A stretch of DNA of 64,000 nt. Source: Pseudomonadota bacterium (GTDB lineage: Bacteria; Pseudomonadota; Gammaproteobacteria; Pseudomonadales; Moraxellaceae). The notes beneath the pieces are model-generated. The model saw only the letters and a program-made list of their open reading frames with translations, made no database searches and was not told the DNA's origin. Positions 59,257 to 64,000 of this stretch are shown here, piece by piece. The translations under genes were made by a program, and so were the position numbers. The DNA is taken from contig JAJXWR010000003.1 in assembly GCA_021781515.1 (NCBI GenBank), forward strand, positions 3,370-67,369. The letters run 5' to 3'. Numbering within the stretch: position 1 is the first letter of the stretch; each line of letters starts with the position of its first letter.

Positions 59257-60678
59257 TCAACTGCGAATCTTGTTTACTACGGCCGTCGTCGATACCCCGG
59301 GAACCAGCCCCAGTACTTTTACGGTGCCACCATACGCCCGAACAATGTCTGCACCCACAACGCCTTCTACCCCATAATCTCCGCCTTTCACCAACACATC
59401 GGGTTTTAATCGTTGCAGCAGCGATTCCGGAGTGTCTTCGCTGAACGGCACGACCCAGTCCACTGCTTTCAACCCTGCCAGTACGGCCATGCGCCGCGAC
59501 AACGGATTGACGGGCCGACCGACGCCCTTTAACCGGGTAATCGAGGCATCCGCATTCACCGCAACGATGAGTCGATCGCCCTCTGCCCGGGCCTGTTGCA
59601 GATAATGCACATGCCCCGCATGCAGGATATCAAAACAGCCATTGGTCATTACGATCCGTTCTCCACGCTGACGAGCTTTGGCTAGCGCCTGCTGCAATTG
59701 TTCCTGAGACAACACACCATCTTCTGGCCGTTCCATGGGCACCAGTTCTGCAGCCAGTTCTTCGGCACTGATCGCATAGGTTCCCAGTTTGCCCACCACC
59801 ACACCGGCAGCGATGTTCGCCAGGGCAACGGCCTGAGGCAGTGCCTCACCCGCCGCCAGCGCCGCCGCCACCACGGAAATCACCGTATCACCAGCACCGG
59901 TCACATCAAATACTTCCCGGGCCTGAGCGGGTAAGTGCAAGGCGTCCTGCCCGGACTGTAACAGGGTCATCCCCTGCTCGCTACGGGTAACCAGCAAGGC
60001 CGGCATCTCCAGTTGCTGCATCAAGGCCAGCCCTTTTTCCTGAAGTTCTGCCTCATGCTGCACTTCCCCAGCCACCAGTTCAAATTCATGCATATTCGGG
60101 GTCATCAGCGTCGCACCCCGATATTTGACAAAATCAGCCCCTTTGGGATCAATCAACACAGGAATATGCTGTTGCCTGGCCCGTTGGATCAATGGAGCAC
60201 ACAACATCAACGTTCCTTTATTGTAATCCGACAAAACCACCACCTGCATTTCAGCCAACAGGTTGACAAAATGGGGTTCCAGAACAGCGGCATCTTCTAG
60301 GGCAAAGCGTTGCTCGAAATCCAGGCGGAGCAACTGCTGGTGCCGGCTAAGTACCCGAAGTTTAGTGATGGTCGGTTTATTGGGCACCGTCAGAAAATGG
60401 CAGTCCACGCCGGCAGCCGTCAGTTTGTTACGTAACAACTCGGCATTTTCGTCCGCCCCCGTCAGTCCCAGCAACGACACCTGCACACCCAGTGCCGCCA
60501 TGTTCAGGGCCACATTGGCCGCTCCTCCCGGACGGTCTTCACATTCTGCAACAGAAACCACCGGTACTGGAGCCTCAGGCGAAATCCTGCCGGTTGATCC
60601 GCTCCAGTAACGATCCAACATCACATCCCCAACCACAAGCACCCGAGTTCTTGAAAACACTGGAATAACTGGTTTCAT
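59257..60678 (-). CDS. hldE: Bifunctional D-beta-D-heptose 7-phosphate kinase / D-beta-D-heptose 1-phosphate adenylyltransferase
   Basis: The start is at [25 protein letters not shown]. The kinase half has DVTGAGDTV; the cytidylyltransferase half has [16 protein letters not shown]. Confidence 0.95.
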   Translation of the reverse strand: MKPVIPVFSRTRVLVVGDVMLDRYWSGSTGRISPEAPVPVVSVAECEDRPGGAANVALNMAALGVQVSLLGLTGADENAELLRNKLTAAGVDCHFLTVPNKPTITKLRVLSRHQQLLRLDFEQRFALEDAAVLEPHFVNLLAEMQVVVLSDYNKGTLMLCAPLIQRARQQHIPVLIDPKGADFVKYRGATLMTPNMHEFELVAGEVQHEAELQEKGLALMQQLEMPALLVTRSEQGMTLLQSGQDALHLPAQAREVFDVTGAGDTVISVVAAALAAGEALPQAVALANIAAGVVVGKLGTYAISAEELAAELVPMERPEDGVLSQEQLQQALAKARQRGERIVMTNGCFDILHAGHVHYLQQARAEGDRLIVAVNADASITRLKGVGRPVNPLSRRMAVLAGLKAVDWVVPFSEDTPESLLQRLKPDVLVKGGDYGVEGVVGADIVRAYGGTVKVLGLVPGVSTTAVVNKIRS

Positions 60679-60845
60679 CGCGCTACATTCCCCGCCAGGC
60701 AACACACTTTGGGCAGCGACCCTGTGCCGGGCCACCGGATTACTGGCACAAACAGCACAGGCAGTGCTAGGATTAGCACACCGCCTTGCACGGCACCGTG
60801 TGAAGGCGCAAGGGTTCGGTTGCTGGCAAGCATCAAGGCTGTCTT

Positions 60846-61952
60846 ATGACTCAGGCTGATTTTAGCAGGATTAATCGGGTTCTCATCATCAAATTAAGGC
60901 ATCATGGCGATGTTTTACTAACATCCCCGCTGCCGACGCTGCTCAAAACCTATCACCCGCATATCGAGACCGATGTACTGGTCTATGCCGATACCCGCTT
61001 TCTCCTGGAGCAGCATCCCGCTATTGCGCAGATTCATGTCATAGATCGGTCCTGGAAAAAACGGGGCCTCCTGTATCAACTACGGGCAGAGATGGAACTG
61101 CTGCAGACGTTGCGTCGGCGTCACTACGACCTGGTTCTACACTTAACCGAATCCTGGCGCGGAGCGCTGCTGGCCCGCTGGATTCGTCCGCCACTGGCCA
61201 TTGTGGCAGACTATGTGCGCCGTCGCCACAGCAGGTACTGGCGCAACAGTTTCAGTCATCATTATCCCGTCCCCGGACGGCTGCGCCACACAGTGGAAAA
61301 ACATATTGATGCCTTGCGTGTTCTGGGCTTGCACCCAAAAACAGAAGAGCGGCGGCTGTTTCTGGGCATTTCTGCGCCTGCCCGCCAAAAAATTCAGTCG
61401 CTGCTGTCCGAACACCCCTGGGCTTCTCAGGGGTTTATCCTGATTCACCCGACTTCGCGTTGGTCTTTTAAAAGCTGGAACCCGGAAAAAACCGCCAGAG
61501 TCATGGAGACCCTGTTGCTGCAAGGCCATCGGGTAATATTGAGTGCCAGTCCTGACCCGGAAGAAATGGCGATGATCAACACCATTGTAGGCTATTCCTC
61601 CCATCCCCCCTCGTTAAATCTGGCCGGACGCCTGAGCCTGGACGAACTGGCGGCATTGATTGAGCGATCACAGTTGTTTTTCGGTATGGATTCTGCGCCC
61701 ATGCACATGGCGGCGGCACTAAACATCCCCAGCGTCGTGCTGTTCGGTCCAAGCGGTGACCGGGAGTGGGGGCCGTGGATGCCTGATGAGCGGCACCGGG
61801 TCATCACTGCCGACCCTGAACATTTTCCCTGTCGCCCCTGTGGACTGGCCGGATGCGCTGACAGCCAGATAGCCGACTGCCTGGAAACGATCCCGGTTCC
61901 ACGAGTACTACAAGCCATCCAGGAGATGTTATCATGCCCCGCCTTGCCCTGA
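60846..61952 (+). CDS. Glycosyltransferase family 9 (LPS heptosyltransferase, type III-like)
   Basis: Contains RVLIIKLRHHGDVLLTSP, ILIHPTSRW..KSW and FGMDSAPMHMAAAL, GT9 heptosyltransferase blocks. Confidence 0.85.
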   Translation: MTQADFSRINRVLIIKLRHHGDVLLTSPLPTLLKTYHPHIETDVLVYADTRFLLEQHPAIAQIHVIDRSWKKRGLLYQLRAEMELLQTLRRRHYDLVLHLTESWRGALLARWIRPPLAIVADYVRRRHSRYWRNSFSHHYPVPGRLRHTVEKHIDALRVLGLHPKTEERRLFLGISAPARQKIQSLLSEHPWASQGFILIHPTSRWSFKSWNPEKTARVMETLLLQGHRVILSASPDPEEMAMINTIVGYSSHPPSLNLAGRLSLDELAALIERSQLFFGMDSAPMHMAAALNIPSVVLFGPSGDREWGPWMPDERHRVITADPEHFPCRPCGLAGCADSQIADCLETIPVPRVLQAIQEMLSCPALP

Positions 61953-63088
61953 TTCGTCAGCAATACCGCCCGGACGGTGGTGCGGAGCGATTTGTCAGCC
62001 GTGCCCTGGAAGCATTGAGTCACAGCGGCATTGAGCTGTCTCTGATCACCCGGCATTGGCAACAACAGGGCCCCTTCCGGGTGCTGACCTGTAACCCCCC
62101 CATCTGGGGGCGTATTTCCCGGGAACGCAATTTCGCTGAAGCCGCCATGAAACGCTGTGCCGAGGAAAATTTCGACCTGGTACAGTCGCACGAACGTATT
62201 CCTGGCTGTTCGGTCTACCGGGCAGGCGATGGCGTTCACCGGCAATGGCTAAACATCCGCCGGGAATTCTTACCGCACTGGAAATCCTGGTGGCAGGAAC
62301 ATAGCCGTTACCATCAGTATGTTCTGCAGGCAGAATCTGCCATGTTTCAGCACCCGGCGCTTAAAGCCATCATTTGCAACTCTGAAATGGTACGCTCGGA
62401 GATCATCCGCCATTTTCAAATCCCTGGGGAGAACATTCATGTCATTTACAATGGTATAGACAGTTCGCAGTTTCATCCTCGGCAAAAAATACAAAGTTCC
62501 ATCATGCGCGAGCAGTTGGGAATCCCGCAGGCGGCCCGGCTGTTCCTGTTTGTCGGATCCGGATTTGAACGGAAAAACCTGAGCACCGTACTGCAGGCCA
62601 TGCAACCCTTGGGTATGGAGGCTCACCTGGCCATCATCGGCCGCGATAGCCACAGCGAACGTTACCAACGACAAGCCCGAAAACTGGGCATTGAGGCACG
62701 CTGCCACTTTCTGGGAATCCGCCACGACCTTCCTGCACTTTACGGAATGGCCGATGCATTGGTACTGCCCACGTATTACGATCCTTTCCCCAACGTCATT
62801 CTCGAAGCCATGGCCAGCGGCCTGCCGATCATTACCAGCACACAGTGTGGTGGTGCTGAACTGGTGGCCAATGGAGCCGGTTTTGTCTGTTCCCCTGCCG
62901 ACCATGCCACCCTAACCGGTTTCATGCAGCAACTGTGCGACCCGGAACTGGCAGACACCTTGGGCCTTGAAGCCAGACATCGCATCGAACCGCTGTCACT
63001 GGAAGCCATGAGCCAGCAACTGCTGCAACTTTATGGAATGCTGCTGGACATACCCTCCCAGAATCCGACCCTCCCAGAATCCGGTTAA
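61934..63088 (+). CDS. Glycosyltransferase family 4 (WaaG-like LPS core glycosyltransferase)
   Basis: An N-terminal YRPDGGAERF plus a C-terminal GT-B block PTYYDPFPNVILEAMASGLPIITS (E-x7-E region). It overlaps the GT9 gene by 19 nt. Confidence 0.8.
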   Translation: MPRLALIRQQYRPDGGAERFVSRALEALSHSGIELSLITRHWQQQGPFRVLTCNPPIWGRISRERNFAEAAMKRCAEENFDLVQSHERIPGCSVYRAGDGVHRQWLNIRREFLPHWKSWWQEHSRYHQYVLQAESAMFQHPALKAIICNSEMVRSEIIRHFQIPGENIHVIYNGIDSSQFHPRQKIQSSIMREQLGIPQAARLFLFVGSGFERKNLSTVLQAMQPLGMEAHLAIIGRDSHSERYQRQARKLGIEARCHFLGIRHDLPALYGMADALVLPTYYDPFPNVILEAMASGLPIITSTQCGGAELVANGAGFVCSPADHATLTGFMQQLCDPELADTLGLEARHRIEPLSLEAMSQQLLQLYGMLLDIPSQNPTLPESG

Positions 63089-63197
63089 AAATTGACCTGT
63101 AGCACGTCATTTTTGCAAGGCTTATGCTAACATCGAGCACAGAACCCCAGTGAATTATCTTATTAACCTTTGGACTTGAATGCCTTAAATGTCACCT

Positions 63198-64000
63198 ATG
63201 CGTCTTTTTCTGCGTTGCCTGTGTATTTCCGGGTTGATCCTCGGATTGTCCGCCTGTGTAACCAACAGCATTCTGGTGCCCTATACAGCAAAAGCGCAGA
63301 ACTTGCGCAATGCGCTGAACAGCGGCGCTGTTGCCGCAGAGAAAAAAACACTGACCGAAGCGGCAGACGGTCAGGATAAAATTCTGTATCTGATGGAACT
63401 GGGGCGCCTTAACCTGTTGACGCAAAACCCCAAGGACAGCCTGCAGAATTTCTCCGAGGTGACGCAACGCTGGGATGAATTGCGCTTGCGTGCACGCATT
63501 TCCTTAAGCCATACCGCCAGCGAGGGGGCCAGTTTACTCACTAACGACAATGCGCTGCCTTATGAAGGCCGTCCCTTTGAGAAAATATTCTTGCACGAAT
63601 ACCAGGCACTCAACTATCTGGCCACCGGCAAACCAACCGATGCCCTGGTTGAAGTGCGTAATGCTGAATTTGAACAACGTCAGGTGCTCCTCGCCAATGA
63701 CTCCAAAGTCTACGCTGCTACCCGTTCGGCGCAGCAACAAGGATTCAATCCAAACGCTTACACCAACGCTGATTTTTTCAGCGGCATGAATGCCGCCGCC
63801 GGCCGGGTAAAAAATGCCTTTCAGAATGCCTATGCCTTTTACATCTCAGCACTGATCTATGAGGCTGCCGGTCAATTGAACGACGCCTATATCGACGACA
63901 AGAAAGCCCTGGAAATCTGGCCGGATAATCCAACCGTACGGCGGGATGTACTACGTATCGGTACTCTGTCCGGCATGTCGGAAGTCGCCCAGGCGGCCAA
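63198..64000 (+). CDS. Lipoprotein with TPR-like helices (COG3014-like), 3' end outside the window
   Basis: The ATG at 63198 opens MRLFLRCLCISGLILGLSAC, giving a lipobox. I translated this frame by hand and it stays open to the window end. It is absent from the ORF track because it has no stop codon. Confidence 0.6.
   Translation, partial: MRLFLRCLCISGLILGLSACVTNSILVPYTAKAQNLRNALNSGAVAAEKKTLTEAADGQDKILYLMELGRLNLLTQNPKDSLQNFSEVTQRWDELRLRARISLSHTASEGASLLTNDNALPYEGRPFEKIFLHEYQALNYLATGKPTDALVEVRNAEFEQRQVLLANDSKVYAATRSAQQQGFNPNAYTNADFFSGMNAAAGRVKNAFQNAYAFYISALIYEAAGQLNDAYIDDKKALEIWPDNPTVRRDVLRIGTLSGMSEVAQAA

Noticed and set aside
1-64000. tRNA, rRNA, tmRNA and riboswitch candidates (FMN, TPP, cobalamin, Moco) in intergenic regions
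   Set aside because: I could not find T-loop-like GGTTCGA motifs, rRNA-like segments or conserved riboswitch cores by eye. This is a weak negative that needs tRNAscan and Infernal to confirm.

Overview
Chromosomal segment of a proteobacterium with beta/gamma-type gene order; I cannot name the organism. It carries about 55 protein-coding genes and no rRNA, tRNA or CRISPR that I could see. Housekeeping blocks: rodA(partial)-mltB; the conserved ribF-ileS-lspA-fkpB-ispH cluster with gmhA; erpA; a bioB-bioF-bioH-bioC operon with a BirA-operator-like dyad; mutS-fdxA; moaB; and rsmE-hldE with two LPS-core glycosyltransferases. Accessory or unusual content: (1) an AbiEii-like toxin module next to mltB; (2) a decayed locus holding a truncated outer-membrane protein (OMP) gene and an IS630 transposase remnant; (3) tandem large acyl-CoA dehydrogenase paralogues; (4) a 964-aa fusion of a RelE/ParE-like domain, a UvrD-like helicase and ankyrin repeats, whose stop-codon-containing 3' end is tandemly repeated about four times; (5) a large NHL-type beta-propeller lipoprotein; (6) a Ser/Thr kinase divergent from a Dyp peroxidase; (7) a DedA-degenerate PAP2 fusion that overlaps a PA2778/PA2779-type peptidase pair; (8) a mogA gene broken by three frameshifts; (9) a stand-alone Cyc2-like cytochrome-porin, a candidate Fe(II) oxidase; (10) a marR-FAD dehydrogenase-ThDP (thiamine diphosphate) enzyme operon; (11) a putatively Pho-regulated operon encoding a TonB-dependent receptor, ExbB, ExbD, TonB and a phosphodiesterase, plus a Pho-box-like site upstream of an AcpA-like phosphoesterase. 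All calls come from reading the translations and sequence by eye; no database search was run.
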